NCBI RefSeq assembly: GCF_964355755.1
Contig: NC_092673.1
Location: 15,782,948-15,846,947 of the forward strand
DNA from: Antedon mediterranea
Lineage: Eukaryota > Animalia > Echinodermata
Reading direction: 5' to 3'
DNA: 64,000 nucleotides
A program made the position numbers and the translations under genes. The number at the start of each line of letters is the position of its first letter. Within the stretch, counting starts at the first letter, position 1. Below the pieces are notes generated by a model that saw only the letters and a list, made by a program, of their open reading frames with translations, made no database searches and was not told where the DNA came from. This document shows positions 26,396 through 40,753 of the stretch, one piece after another.

Positions 26396-28929
26396 AAACT
26401 GCGCTGAAGTTGCATGGTAAATCAATTCTTCATTAACTATTTATTTGAGGTAATTGTTGAATTTTTAGTTAAAATGGTGACGAAGTATTTCACAGCAAGC
26501 AAATCAATATTTGGCAGCATTACCAAGTACATGGTATATGCTGGGGAAAAAAAGCAATACTGTAATTATCATTTATTTCATTGTTTTTTCTTTTAATGCA
26601 ACAGAATATGATTTCTATTCAAATGTAAGTGCTGCCTTCTTTGTTTCTCTTTGACTATATAAAATATAGCCAATTTATTAGAAATCACTAATACATAATT
26701 CATGATCATTTAAATAATAGTTGATATAATTAATGCAATCAATACACTAAAGCTTTTTAAACGACGCAAAAACAACATATTGAATATTCCTAATTGTATT
26801 AATTCAAACAATAAATTTCAATTGTTGCCAGTTGTTCCATTATGCTATGATCTCCTCACTGATTTAAAGCATGTACATATACATTACTACAAGAAATAAA
26901 ATACATCATATATTTCAACAATAACTATGTCATCATCAAGAATGACTTAAATGTGAACACTAAAAATATGTGAATGTAAATAATTCGCGTGTATATAATT
27001 ACAACTAGACATAAGCGTGGCTCACCGGTTAATAACTTAAACATAATTTGATTGCGAGCTGGAGTGAAGATTAGATATTGCAGATTACGATATTGGTATT
27101 GGAGATGATTGTTACTGTAGGATGGCGAAGATGATCACTATAGCTTCTACAACACGTAACAGTGGATCTAAGATTTCACATTGATTATTCCATATTAAAC
27201 AAGAAATATATTTTTTACAAAAAACGCTGCTTGACTTTTTGACGTAACAGTTTTAATAATTGTTCTTCCTCCATTAAATGATGCTTTTATATTGATATAT
27301 TTTTTAAATAAATTAAGAAACAAGGTCTTACAAACCACTTGTCTGCATACATCTCAATATTATCAGCAGATATGTTTTCATAGACCAGACGTGCTTTAAA
27401 GTGTGTGCATGCCCAGTTCAAGTTTACAAATTCCCATTTTTCAGCCTTCAAAATATAGCTTCAGTGTGATACTGATTTGTAATACTTCTGTTATCTGGAC
27501 TATAGCTGCCTAAAGAATTTAGTGTGGGAATTGTACTGAAAGAGTGATAACCAGGAGACACATTACTGGTTCAAAAGATTATTTGAATCTCTTGCCCTCT
27601 AAATGCTACTCTATATATACCAAGTCTCCTGATAATTGCAAACATTTAAAAAAATTCAATTTCAAGTCAGCTATACTGCTGAGATTTGCCTTGCCTTTAT
27701 ATCTACCAAAGTGTCCGAATCCATTATGTATTCTTTCGAACACAAAAAACTTGTTCTTTTTGCAATCATTTATTAAATTTGTCATTAAAAACCTTTTTAC
27801 ATACGTTCTGTTTCTTCCTGCGATTTATTTGTACTTTAATTCAAGATTACATTGCATGATGCATTTCTTTTATTTTTCATTATCAAAATCCAGACAGATT
27901 TATTAGTTTTTATAGGTTATATTTTACAGTTGACTTTCAAACAATACCATAAATAACAAATACAATGCAATCACTGTACACTACACTAAGGCAGATTTCT
28001 TTCTTCAAGACACTTCAGGATTTTTTTTCATTTTCAAACCAAAAAGGATGAACGAGACATTACAACGACCTAAATTTTGTGACTAGCTGCGTTCGATATA
28101 TTAGTATTATTATTTGAAAACATGATGGATGATCTTACACGTGTATATTGCATTTACACTGAGTTTACGATCAAATTAAAATATTTTATTTACATGTCTG
28201 ATCTAACAATAAAACAACAACTGTTCGTTTTACTTAATGTAATGACACAGTAGCTTGGTACTACTCAACTGGGTTCACATCTAACCAAATAAATGATGCA
28301 AATGGCTGGAAGTTGCCCTGATGGGATGCAGTTATGTGCATACAGATGTTTTTTTTAAAAGGGAATGACATTTTACCAAAGTACATTGAATTGACTTGAT
28401 TTGGCAACTTTAATATAAAGAATACAAATAAACATCCATAACATTGTTTTCAAAATACAAACAGAATACATTTCTTATATTAATATTTATAAAGTATACA
28501 CAATACATTTGAATATTTTCAAAATCAGTAATCAGATTTTGTCTTCAAGTCCCATCATCATCAATCAAGTATTTTGACATGTCAATGGTCACTTCAAAGC
28601 GGTATCTATTCAGAATACACTCACTGCTGTATTTTAATGTATTACTTTTTACTCAAATTGCAGATACGAAACGAAAGATTACTGTTGGTTTAGATAAACT
28701 TAATTCTCTCTCTTTTTATTTATTTCCACCTTATACCCTTTACATATCTGCATAAATAACAAGTTTTAACCAGGTTTGATGTGATATGTTACACGTTTTC
28801 AAAAACACAACGCGAACCTCTCTACAGTATTATGATTGGTCAGTTTAATTCCAGAGTAACGCGCGCAGTAACAACTGTGGAACAAAAACAGGCCTCTCAT
28901 TGTTGTGTTGTTCTCCCCTGTGAAATCTC

Positions 28930-29340
28930 TGGAGATTGTCCACAAAATATTGTATTCACACTGCCAACCTGGTTGCCACTTTGTTACAAGTTGTTGCATT
29001 CTGCTCCTTTTGTAAAATTAGAAGAGAAACAGTTTATCATTTATTCTGTAAATGTAATATCAGTAGATGGATATTAGCAATTTCTTTTTTCAAGGGTGTT
29101 CTCAAAATCTTGATATTTGCATATGTGTATCGGAAAGTGAACTGCTTTTTAGTAATACACCATCCAATAGCATTAATTTACTTTTGTCAATACTATAGTT
29201 TTATACAGGTCAGGAGTAAGTTTTCGGGCCTCCTCTCACCCACCGGCCTCATAAGCTTTGTAAAATATTACTTTTAAATTAAAAAGTTTAGATGTTTGAT
29301 TAATAAAAGAGCCAAAGAATGGGAAGAGTGGAGTGTTACT
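28930..29340 (+). pseudogene. Degenerate 3' end of an L1/Tx1-type LINE ORF2 (zf-RVT region)
   Basis: CSFCKIRRETVYHLFCKC matches the CxxC-x7-HLFxxC zinc motif; a downstream ...KEWEEW tail follows; frameshifted. Confidence 0.6.
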
Positions 29341-29565
29341 TCTGTAACATAGAATTGTATCACTCTATATTCTGACTTGACGTGCACAACTGTATTTCCA
29401 TAAGTTTATAAGAGGGTGTTTATATAGGAGAATTGATTACGTATAATTTTTACTCTGTGTGGTGTAATGTCTGCTTTTTTTTGTATTCCAAAATGTATTA
29501 AAGAAAGATTAAAAATTTTAAAAAATACAATAAAAAAAAATTTGTTACATTTTGCAGATGTGAAA

Positions 29566-29838
29566 AGGTATAAGATACCCTCTTTCAGGTATAAGATACC
29601 CTCTTTCAGGTATAAGATACCCTCTTTCAGTTATGAGATACCCTCTTTCAGGTATAAGATACCCTCTTTCAGGTATAAGATACCCTCTTTCAGGTATAAG
29701 ATACCCTCTTTCAGGTATAAGATACCCTCTTTCAGGTATAAGATACCCTCTTTCAGGTATAAGATACCCTCTTTCAGGTATAAGATACCCTCTTTCAGGT
29801 ATAAGATACCCTCTTTCAGGTATAAGATACCCTCTTTC
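29566..29838. repeat. 21-bp minisatellite (aggtataagataccctctttc) x13, nearly perfect
   Basis: 273 bp = 13 x 21, one variant unit. Confidence 0.97.
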
Positions 29839-30163
29839 CCCTCTATTTGTCAAGATGCATTATTCATTTGTCTTTGTGAAATATACTATAATAATTATTA
29901 CTGTCTTTGAAGTAGGTGAAAGTACTTTGTTTTGGACCTATGAAATAGAAACTTCTTTTGAGTACCAATGCATGTCATGCTGATGTATATCGTTTTAGAT
30001 TAAATGTTTAAAGATGTATTTTTTTTTTTTTTTTTTTGAATATGCCATTTTAATTTTACATAATAGTTATCCACAGTAATTTAAAGTAAAAAATAGTCAG
30101 ATGGCTGCCAGCCAATGGGGTTTTAGTTCAATTTGACCATTTAATTTGTAATTTTATATGAGA

Positions 30164-30213
30164 AAACCCAACAGCGATGTAAACACTATAGTGTTTACAT
30201 CGCTGTTGGGTTT
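30164..30213. repeat. Perfect 50-bp palindrome with no spacer
   Basis: aaacccaacagcgatgtaaacacta|tagtgtttacatcgctgttgggttt. Confidence 0.95.
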
Positions 30214-30925
30214 GAATGAATAAAATAAAATACTTTAGTATTTGTCAAGGAATACTGTAAGTTCCTCTCAACTAACTAATTGAAATACAAGTCGAGAATT
30301 ATCACACTGAATTCAACCCATATTTATTTGATCTCAAAGTACATTCAACAAGAAAATTGATCTTTCATCTTTATTGCTAGACTTGATTTCTTTTTCACTT
30401 TCCTGTGAAAGTTCATAGTTTATATAGCATACTGTCCACTATCAAGTCTGCTCATTTCTGCAACCATTAATATTTTCTGTCTGCTTCATCTTAACGGTAA
30501 ATAAATTAGATGAATATTTAATTGTCAAAATCATGAATACTGTTTATTGCACAACAATCCTAATGATGAATACTAAACGTAATTAGACCATTTACATTCA
30601 ATCATATTCCCAAAGGAGCACAACATTGAACATTCCTTACAGCATTTAGACGGCAAATAGGTACGCCAATTAAAATTGTTATTACCTGACAAGTTTATTT
30701 TTCTGTCAGACGATCAATAGATTCCTAAACAATGTTTTGCTTGATTAGTGTCGGCTTTGGTTGCATTCATGTGTAACTTGTAGAAAACTATCGCATTTAA
30801 TATTGTCTGCTGTCCTGCATTACAGTCTGTATCCGATCACATCATTAAAGAAAATCCAGCACACATACCATTAACACAGTTACGTAGCAGGATCTCATCC
30901 TTATTGTACAAAAGCAGGTCTCTTA

Positions 30926-31104
30926 AGCGTGGTTCCCACTAGCGACGCAACGCAAGGACGTAACGCAACGCAAATTAATTGACCAATCACAAGCGATGGC
31001 TTATTCGCTTGTGATTGCTAACTGTCTATAACTTCGCTTGTCATTGGTTAAAACGCTTGCGTTGCGTTTACGTCCTTGCGTTACGTTCTAGTGGGAACCA
31101 AGCT
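30926..31104. mobile_element. MITE family B (PIF/Harbinger, Tourist-like), TTA target duplication
   Basis: TTA|AGCGTGGTTCCCACTAG...CTAGTGGGAACCAAGCT|TTA, almost wholly palindromic; degenerate relatives near 57290-57350 and 59315-59455. Confidence 0.8.
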
Positions 31105-31224
31105 TTACTCTCCTGATAGTTTCTTGCCACAGTCTGCCGTCTTTGCTATGCTATTTTAGATTGTTTATTTAGTACATTCAATAATTATGTTGATGATTTC
31201 ATAGGATTTTCCACTATAAACTTA

Positions 31225-31350
31225 AGCTATACACTATCAACTTATGTGACAAAAAAATGTGTTTTGCCCATATATGGACATGATGTCATATTACTACCAT
31301 ATTTGGGCACACTTTGTTGGCAAACTAGTTTGATAATGTAGACAGAGCTT
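31225..31350. mobile_element. MITE family A copy
   Basis: agct..acactatcaa ... tttgataatgtagacagagct with TTA/TAA flanks. Confidence 0.7.
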
Positions 31351-34273
31351 AATTAAAATAAGAATTGATGGATTTAAAAGGAAGAAGGCATTGGGGGCGG
31401 ATGCAGAGGGTTTTGCTCTGCTTTGTTACAGCTAAAATAACAATTATGAACTACTTTTTTATATCTATTTTTTACAGACTATTAATATTATATGTTAGCG
31501 TTCCCCTATTTGAAAGTTATGGGTCCACTGCACTCCTGGGCATATACCCAAACATGATTGGCGAGTTACTGTTGAATTTGCAGTACAATTAGTGAGAAGA
31601 AAAAACAAAGAAAACATCACAACTGTGGGTACCTATCTGATTTCAATAAACGTGTACAATTAAAAACTAAATATAAAACTAGGCCACCACTCTAAAAGTC
31701 AGGCTAGATTATTTACATTGACTATGATTATTTTAAAAATGAAATTTAATCTAAATTTGTATTGTATATGAAGATATCTAAAAACTGAAATGTAATCTAA
31801 ATGTTAAAACAACATGAAAAGTAGAATGATAATAGTAACCCAGTTTTAGTAAGTGTGTCAGAGATTCTGTATAACAGTCTGGTTAGAATGCATGCTTTTT
31901 TATCATCTGCAGTACCATTTTGTTCTCTTTTTTAATGGTAGAATGTTTTGTTAAGACTGTATGATGTAACGGTTTTCTTTAACATTTAAAAGATCCCGCA
32001 AGATTTACTGGAATAAGTTTCTTCTAATCCGCATTAAAATGGCGTAAGAAACTATAATCCAAACTGCCTAGTAGTCACAAGTCCAAACCATTAACAATAT
32101 TGCACAAGAGCTATCAAAGGCTAACATGTTCGAATGATACAGTACAGTAAAATAAGTACAATATATCTGGCCTTTTTGTATTCAGATTGTTAGGCCTACA
32201 GTATCACTTGGGATTCTACCTTGCTTAATTGTCCGGAATAGATTGCTTAGATGGGAGAACACTATCTATAGTATTATCTGCGAAACTTTCTACTTGGTAA
32301 TATATACAATGTCACTATTCATGTTGAAATCCAAGAGAAGCTTCTGAAATCATTAATCGTTGTTTTTTATATTTGACTGGTGTTGCAATTATTCACTTGT
32401 TTGACTACACGCCATAGATTTTTTTTTCAATGTTCCTCCCACGCAGGTATATGATTCCATGTCGTTTGCGGATTGGTGTGAAATATCGTAGGTTTTAGTA
32501 ACTAGGTATACTTTTTAATAGCTAAATCCTTAATTGGCCAGTGCTATCGATATGTAATATTTGTTAAGGTTATCTAGTATATTAGCATTCTTCTTTAGGA
32601 TTGTAATTGTTTACTACTGTGGAGTAGCTTTGCGTCATGATGTTGGGTAGACCTAATTGGTCAGATGTTTTGCCCTACTATCAGGCTATTGATCTGGAGG
32701 TCGTGGGTTCGTGTCTCACCCTAGAATTACTTGCGTATTCTCAATGTACTTAGTATACAGTACAAATTACGTCAGAGTAGAGCAAAAATCTGACCAAACA
32801 TCCTTCTTTACTTTATAATAGTTCTCAAAAGTGTGAAGTATTCAAACCTGATCCATTTTATGTTGAAGACAAACTTCTCTGGAATTTTAAGGAGCAAGCT
32901 GCCAGAAAATAAACTGTAAACCCAACATAAAACGTGTACACCTGTTGCTGATACGTACTACATTCTCAAATAAACATACTTTAGATTGATATTTGAAGAA
33001 TATAATAATTTATTATTTGTTGGCAATTACCCAAATGAAATTGTATGCGACATAACTTTAGAAGCATGTCTATGGACTTCGAGCATCTATTGCTAACGTT
33101 TAGAAGTATCTCTGTTTATATATGATGTTTTTTATGCTAATTTAAAATAACTTCTTAACTGGCTACCCGTCACAAATTTTTTTGGAGGGAAACCTCCAAA
33201 TGTTATTACTTTCTGGGTTTTTGCCTCTTAATTTGTAACATTTAAATTGTTATTTTGTATACCTTAAAAGATAAGAAATAAATGTTATTATGAATGAATG
33301 AATATGATTTGAAATAGTTATTTGTATCTTGTATGTAAACATAATTGCATTTTTGTTCATGTATATTAGTAAAGAGGAACCATTGTAATCAAGGAAGTAG
33401 TAGGTACGTAATTTGTACGTAATATGTGCGTTTGTTATATCGAGTATGATGATTTCTTTTTTTATGAAATACTGTTTCAGGCTGTTGTTTGATTTTTTAT
33501 TTTTTTGATTGCATAACAGGAGTATTTTGTTTCGGTGAATTGCAGTAGTCGGCTTAACTGTACAAAAGAACCTGATATCACCACCATTACTTCTTTTAAC
33601 ATGTCCATTTTTGAACATTTTAATTACTTTTCCTAATCTAAGCAACGTAACATACGCATGTTGTTATCCTTTTTATGCTGTTCTATATTTTGTGCATGGT
33701 ATTATTTTAAATTGCTCTTTTCGTCCAAATCCCGTTCCACTCATTTTGCTTAACAATCTCCTCCGGAGAACAATTTCAGAGTTTGAATCAAGTTTAAATT
33801 TTCATCTCGTAAAAGTGCTAAGTCTCCTATGGTTTAATGCGCTTTACTTTACATTTACGTGTCTGTGAAATGTCATTACGCCGTGAAATAAATTGTGTAC
33901 ATTTTATATAAAAGGAGAACATTGTTAAATTTTCGGATTGAGTCGTCTTGCACAAATATACATAAACCCATTGTGCTGTTTAATAATTACATAGGCCTAT
34001 AATATAATCATTGAAATAGCTTTCAGCCATTAAGTATAATTATCACCATTCAGTAAAAGCATACTGTACAATTTATCATGTAATGTAACAGTAGAAAGTA
34101 GTATGTTGAAGCATGAATTCAACTACTGTATACTTTCAAGTGATTGAGTAAGGAGACCTTATTCCACTTATCTTGCTAATCAACAGCCAATTGTTAGAGG
34201 CCGTAATCTACAGCCAAGTGCATTGCCTTAATAGAAGTGATGACGCTTCTCTGTATTTATCCGTATCATCTTA

Positions 34274-34430
34274 AGCTCTCTCTACACTATCAAACTTTAC
34301 GTGACAACAAAATGTGACGTGCCCATGTATAGACATGATGATGTCATATCACTACCATATTTTTAAGCATATCACTACCATTTGGGCACATCACAATTTT
34401 TTGTCAAACTAGTTTGATAGTGTAGCTTTA
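34274..34430. mobile_element. MITE family A copy
   Basis: agctctctctacactatcaaact ... agtttgatagtgtagct terminal inverted repeats. Confidence 0.75.
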
Positions 34431-37400
34431 CTTCTGTTGACTACCGGTATACGTCTTTGCTGCTCGACTATTGATCTCTTCCGGTGGACGGATGGTCTGC
34501 TTTTAACTTTTTCAATAGTTTTTTTAGTTATTTGTTTATCTGAATTTTCTTAATCAATTTTTAAAGCATGAATCATACCATTTGGTGTTGCTAATCAACA
34601 ACCAATTGTAGGCCTATGCCTAATTGTAGGCCTATGCCTAATCGTAGGTCTATGCCTAATCTACAGCCAAGTGCATTGCGTTAATCATCCGAATAACCAA
34701 TTGTTAAAAACATGAGACAGACAATATTTTTTTTGGAAATTCATACAAATTTCAACTTTTGTTGCATGAGTATGAGTATAATATACCGATTAAAAAATAT
34801 ATACATATGGATCTGTACTGCGATGATTCATTTCTTTTTACTAAAGCTAAAACTAACGTTGTCTTGAACCGTCATTAGTTGGTTAGAATAAATATATTAT
34901 CATGAATTAGATTACTTAAACTAATACTTAATGTTGTATATCTGTATTGCACCTGTTTTTCATAGAGTACATTGAATTATATCGGTGTCTTTGATTTATT
35001 TCCAAAGTTTTATTAAAATTCAAAATTTCTTCTCTATATCTGCCGACATATCATTCGTATTTACGAGTTTTGTTACTTTCATTCATTTTCTCCCATTTTT
35101 ATTTTCATGTTTGCTTATAAAAACGATTTCTGTTTTCCAATAAGTTGCATTTCGTATGTAGCCTTTCTAACGTTGTGTTGTGAACTAGACTGCTAGATAA
35201 TACAACTTTTTCGTGTTTAACTAGTTTTCTGTTTCAATGCATCTCATTTGATCTCCAATTTCTCTATTAGTATTAATATCATATACTGGTCGTAAACATT
35301 CTACGGAGCCATTATTTCAAAATCTAGTTCAATATGCAATTTAAGTTTAAATTTAATTTCCAAGTTTTATAACATCAATAAACCAATCACCAATATATCG
35401 AAATATCTTAAAACACTCATAAGGAAACTGATTAAATGGGCTAGTCGGTCAATGTTATTTATTGATGGTGTTCTGATACATCGAAATAATCAAAGTTTAA
35501 ACCTTTTTTGTGAAGATTGAGTAGGCCTACATTTAATATTATGACGTCATAAGTAGGCCATCAAGTTGGCATAACCATGCACAGTTCTTCGTTTTTCTTC
35601 TTAAATAAAGAGTACAAGTTGTCGTAAAGACCAAATGTCTGTTTAAATTCTCAATTCTGTTTATTAAGTGACTGCATATTATTATGTTCGAGATTTTCTT
35701 CCCTTTTTGTCGTTAAAAGCTTGCATTCACATCTTCATTATTAAGAAAGTGCAATGACTATTAGCAAATTACATAATGTTGTTTTATGACAACAGGCCAT
35801 TATATTTACATTTTAATGACATTATGACCCATAAATATAGATCATGTTAATCAAAACACTATGAATTGGTTTTAGCCCACTTCTCATATTCTGTGAATAT
35901 TGAGATTGATATGTTATGAAGGAAGACATTCTGCACAAGATTATAGAAGTATTATGTTGGTTGAAAGTAAGCCACACGATCATTAAGCGCTGTTTGTTAT
36001 TTTATGGAATGTTATATGCAAATACATACTCTTATGTATGTTGGTGTAAACATGTCATCAACAGAACATTGTTTATCTTATTTCATTTCACTTTTCTTCC
36101 TAATCCATTCATTATTAGGCATACAACAAAATTGATACCTGATTGAACTGCGTAGTTTTTTGTTTTTCACCAAAGTCACTTCTAACTATAGAGCGCCATC
36201 ACAGTAAACTTTTAGCCAATAAGGAAAAAGACTATATCCAATGGCCATGCGCATAGGCGGTTGATTACTTTGTGACAACACGGGCTTGCATTTTCCTTAG
36301 TTATAATGTGAAAAGGAATATCAGTTATATATACATATTATTTTCATTTCATTGAAACTTTTACTTTAGAAAATCCTTCAAAGAGAGATTTAACGTATCG
36401 TGTTGTATTCTAACAGGTATTAGCCTTTGTTACTAAGAATGTTCATAGCAAAATAGTTTCTTAACTACGTCTCCTTCTCGATGCTTTAAAAATATCTTAA
36501 CAAATGTTTGTTTAAATAAGAACTCTACGGAATCTTACTATAAATGACTTTACATTTATTATAACGGAAAGCTGTCACTTAAAGAATTATTTTAATCTAT
36601 ATAAACACATGTTTCTAAAAGGCCATTTCCAAGTTTTACCCTTCGGCTAAAAATCGATCTATAGTAAAATGTCTTGTGTCATAAACAATAAATATAAATT
36701 TTCAACTTATATCCAATTCATGATTTCAGGCCATTTGAAACGCACATTCTTTAGCATTGTTAGGCACTAATACATTATATTGTAAGGGAACCTTTTACTA
36801 CATTTTCTAAATGATAATAATGCCTGTAGATTAATATCAGTACTGTCGTCGGCAGTGTATTTTTAATGAATACATCCGATCTATTATCTTTGATCCGATG
36901 TAACACAATATTTTTTTCTCACTTGCATGAAAAAGTATCAACAACGTTCTTACGTGCGCGTCTACTTCGTGTACTGGCGTCACTGACTGTTTTTTATTTA
37001 TAGTGAATGCAATACGGATTTATTTGAATAATCTTATAGATAATTATGTTATTGTCCTAATCACGTTAATACAACAATATTAAAATACTGTTTCCAATAT
37101 AATGATAATGTATTAAAGTGAAACCCAACCACTATAGCTAAGCCAGTACTCAATCGTGTAGCCATTGATATATCACTCTATTCTCTGCAATGATCTCAAC
37201 ATACACCATTATATATCCAGTGTCATAGGAAAATTCTGCAAAATAGGCTTATTTCAGGATATACCTATGATACAGGCGTCACGTGTGATACAGTAGCGAA
37301 AATCGTCTTCATGTATTGTAGGTTCATGTATATGCTATTCTGATCACGTGATTGTAAATTGATTTGTTTAATAGAATTATTGTTACCTATACGAGTTTTG

Positions 37401-40400
37401 TTTTTATCCTGTAATGTAACGAGAATATTTTCATGTCTTAAATTTCAGTTTTTCAAGAAGGCTGACAAACCTGATACATCAGGTTTTTATGTTCAACGTC
37501 GCTTTTTAAACCCATATCGATTGCATTTGATAGATTATATATATATTCATTGTCAAATAATAGTGTTGTCCACTTAAATAACATTGCATACAAGTAAACC
37601 GCTACTCCAATTGATCGTTTTGCAAATAAATAACTAGGTTGGCAATCACATTCTTTTCAATATTTAAAATCTCTTATGGACAGCAATGAAGTTTTATCAA
37701 CATAATAAATTAGCTAATTATATAATATTGTACAACGAAACGTTCTCATTAGTGAGGTTTGTTTTAAAGTGTTCCAGCCAATAGGCCTAATAGTTAGGAA
37801 TCACGCTTGAAGCTAATGCACATCTGTATACATTCACATATATATTATGTGATTATTAACATACACATGAAAAAAGTTCAAATAAATACGATAATGTTGT
37901 TCTTAATGTTCTCTATTATTAATCGTGTTTAGTGTTTATTTGGCTATTCGTAAAGCTAGGTTTAATCGTTCAAATTTTGATAAAAATTATACGTGCTTCT
38001 TTACGCGCGTTAACAAAATGATGTATCGGTATCATCTTATGGTTATACAGATGATATCGGAGCCTCAGCTGCAAGTTTCGTCCTTCTTAAAGAACAAAAC
38101 CTATTAAACATGAGTTCATCCACCGCTGTAACTTGCTTCAAAAATTGTAAAAAAAAAAAGATCTCGATATGGATTTCTGGAAGTGATCTCCCTAAAAACG
38201 AAGATTTCAAATAACATTGATTTTTCTTTGAGTATAAAATTGGATATGGGTGACATTTCCGAGATGAATGTTCTTAGAAAAAGGTTCACTTTCAGTTTTT
38301 AAAATCCAATGATACAGCAGATTACTTGTAATCTTATATGCACCTGTTTCCAAAGCAACACATTGGACTTTTGGGGAAATATATTGAGGGTATTCAATTT
38401 ATTGGCATGGGTTCGAAGTCGACTCGATAAAAGTATAATTTCCATTGGTCTGAAAGTGCTTTCTTTGAAGATTGGTGGCAGTATAACACGAGGGTTTTAG
38501 GGGCAGGTCACTTGACCGATTTCAACGTTGCAGACCACTTCACAATATAACAACAATAACGGTGATTTATATAATACTTTAATTGTTGCGTTTATGTAGT
38601 TTTGTATGTGTAGTTCTTTTCAGGTTATAAGGTTGGCTGATTTTGGAAGATAAATTATTTATTTACATGTTCACCAATATGAAATAAGGAGATTACTGTA
38701 GGTCCAGTGTAGCCTATAGTACAGTTTATCCATAGTGATTAATTTACTATTGGTAATCCTTGCCCTAAATACATAAAATAAAAAAAAACGTTCAAAATAT
38801 TGTATATAATATAAAAATCTTTAACGGTGGATATTTGTATCTCAAATCTCTCAATAAGTATAAGTATTATATAATGATTGAAATGTCTGTAATGCCGTCT
38901 TAGGATTTATAACAAATTTAGATCGTAGGTTTAAAATTATGTATCTAACCTTTTGACTGGATGAACGCGGCGATTTTCATGGGTTTAAAAAAAATTTAAA
39001 TGTCATATATTTTGTGCGCTTGGCTTGTAATAATTGGACATAAGTGACTACGCCACCATGATCACGATGATCATGGCATACATTTGTACAATTAGGCCTA
39101 CGTTATATATCCGTAGAAATTGCTATAGATGCGTGCAATCAATACTGTACGTAATCGCGCTACGCATATACGTATCACGCTATATTCATATGAACAATTA
39201 CGCTGCATAAAACCACGCTATGTATACGTAGCCTACAATCACCCTCATAACGCGTAATACGTAATCGAGCTACGCATACGTGCGTTGTGTGTCTTCGTGA
39301 TGCATGCCGATTAATTGTCTTACTACTTTGAAACTGTCTACGAAGTAAATAGTTAAACTGAGATTATAGACAACACACTAAAGAGATTTCAAGCAAACTA
39401 TTAAAAGGTTAGATTTAAGTGGTAAATCGAGATATTCATTTCCAAATTATCGCTGTAAACGTACATTGGTTAGTGTTATTGTTGATTAGCAATCACGAAT
39501 CATTCTAAAAATGCCACAGATCATTGTCCGTTAGTAAGCAATACTTCTATGAATATATATGTATATATTAATGCATGTATTTAATTTGAAACTAATAGGT
39601 AATAGTATGTTTTTCAAATAAACTGCGGTGACATCAAAGAACCGAGATGCTGAACTCGCTCGTTGTACAAATATCGTTAGCAGACGACACAAGATTTCTT
39701 TGCACTTATTTGATGAATAGATACTGAATGTTTATAATGATAAGTTACTATGATTTTAATTTTAAAAGTGTGGTATTAAACATTAATCTGCGACATGTGT
39801 TAATTTAATACCAGATAAGTTTCAATCGCTAATATGAACTATTTACTCATCTGCCTGACGTCATGGCCGTTCATTGCAATCAAACAGTTAATGTAACCAA
39901 AATCAAAAGTTATGTAAACTTCGTAAATATCATTACTAAGTACGCCTACAATATCTAAACGATACATTTATGAATTTTAAAATTTAAACACGCCAAAGTA
40001 CATCGTTTATTTCACCACCATGGAATCTCTGTAAACAATAATAATACATGTACGATACCGTACGCCAGCTTTAGGCCTAGGCCTACGTGTCAACAAAAGC
40101 CCTTGCAAATCATTAAGTATGTAAATTTATTAACCGAAAATGATCATCATAGAACTGTGTAAGATTGCACAGGTGATCGTGAATCTAACGGCTATTTGGC
40201 GTGACGTTTATGTGTCGTGCAGACGCGCTATCTTGATGATGTTCTCGAGTACATTCCCGCCAACCATTTGTACGTCATATAACCAGCACGTAAAAGAGTG
40301 CACCGCTGGTTTCGATGAAAGACATCTCTTAAAGTTTCTGATTAGCCGCGGATGATCAAGCTTTATTTGGTGTATGAATTAATTCATACGCACGATTCAA

Positions 40401-40753
40401 ACATCACATTGTTTGAAATCTATTCGTATACTGTTTAATGACTGTAAGTTCTTCATGTTGGTTATGCGTACTGAAATTCAATGTATTTTGACTCGACGGT
40501 TTTAAAAGCATTTTCTATTAAAAATCGTTGTATGAGCTCAGACGCACAACGTCATTTAACCGTATAAAACAAAACCACACCAGTGACAAAAAGGTAAATA
40601 ACAGTAATGTATTCCATTTATGATTTGGACTATTTAGTCAATATTAAAAACTACAAAGTTGAAAACGATTTTTCTAAAACTATTAAAAAAATTGTATGTA
40701 TAATAATTAATTTTGTAAGTGAGAAACAAAATCCGAATACTGACAGTTCAATG

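Noticed and set aside
28520-28680. Protein-like minus-strand stretch (...RYRFEVTIDMSKYLIDDDG*)
   Set aside because: Short, interrupted by stops, and I cannot assign a family.
29467-29983. Three overlapping ORFs with 7-aa repeats
   Set aside because: A 21-bp repeat is open in several frames by chance.
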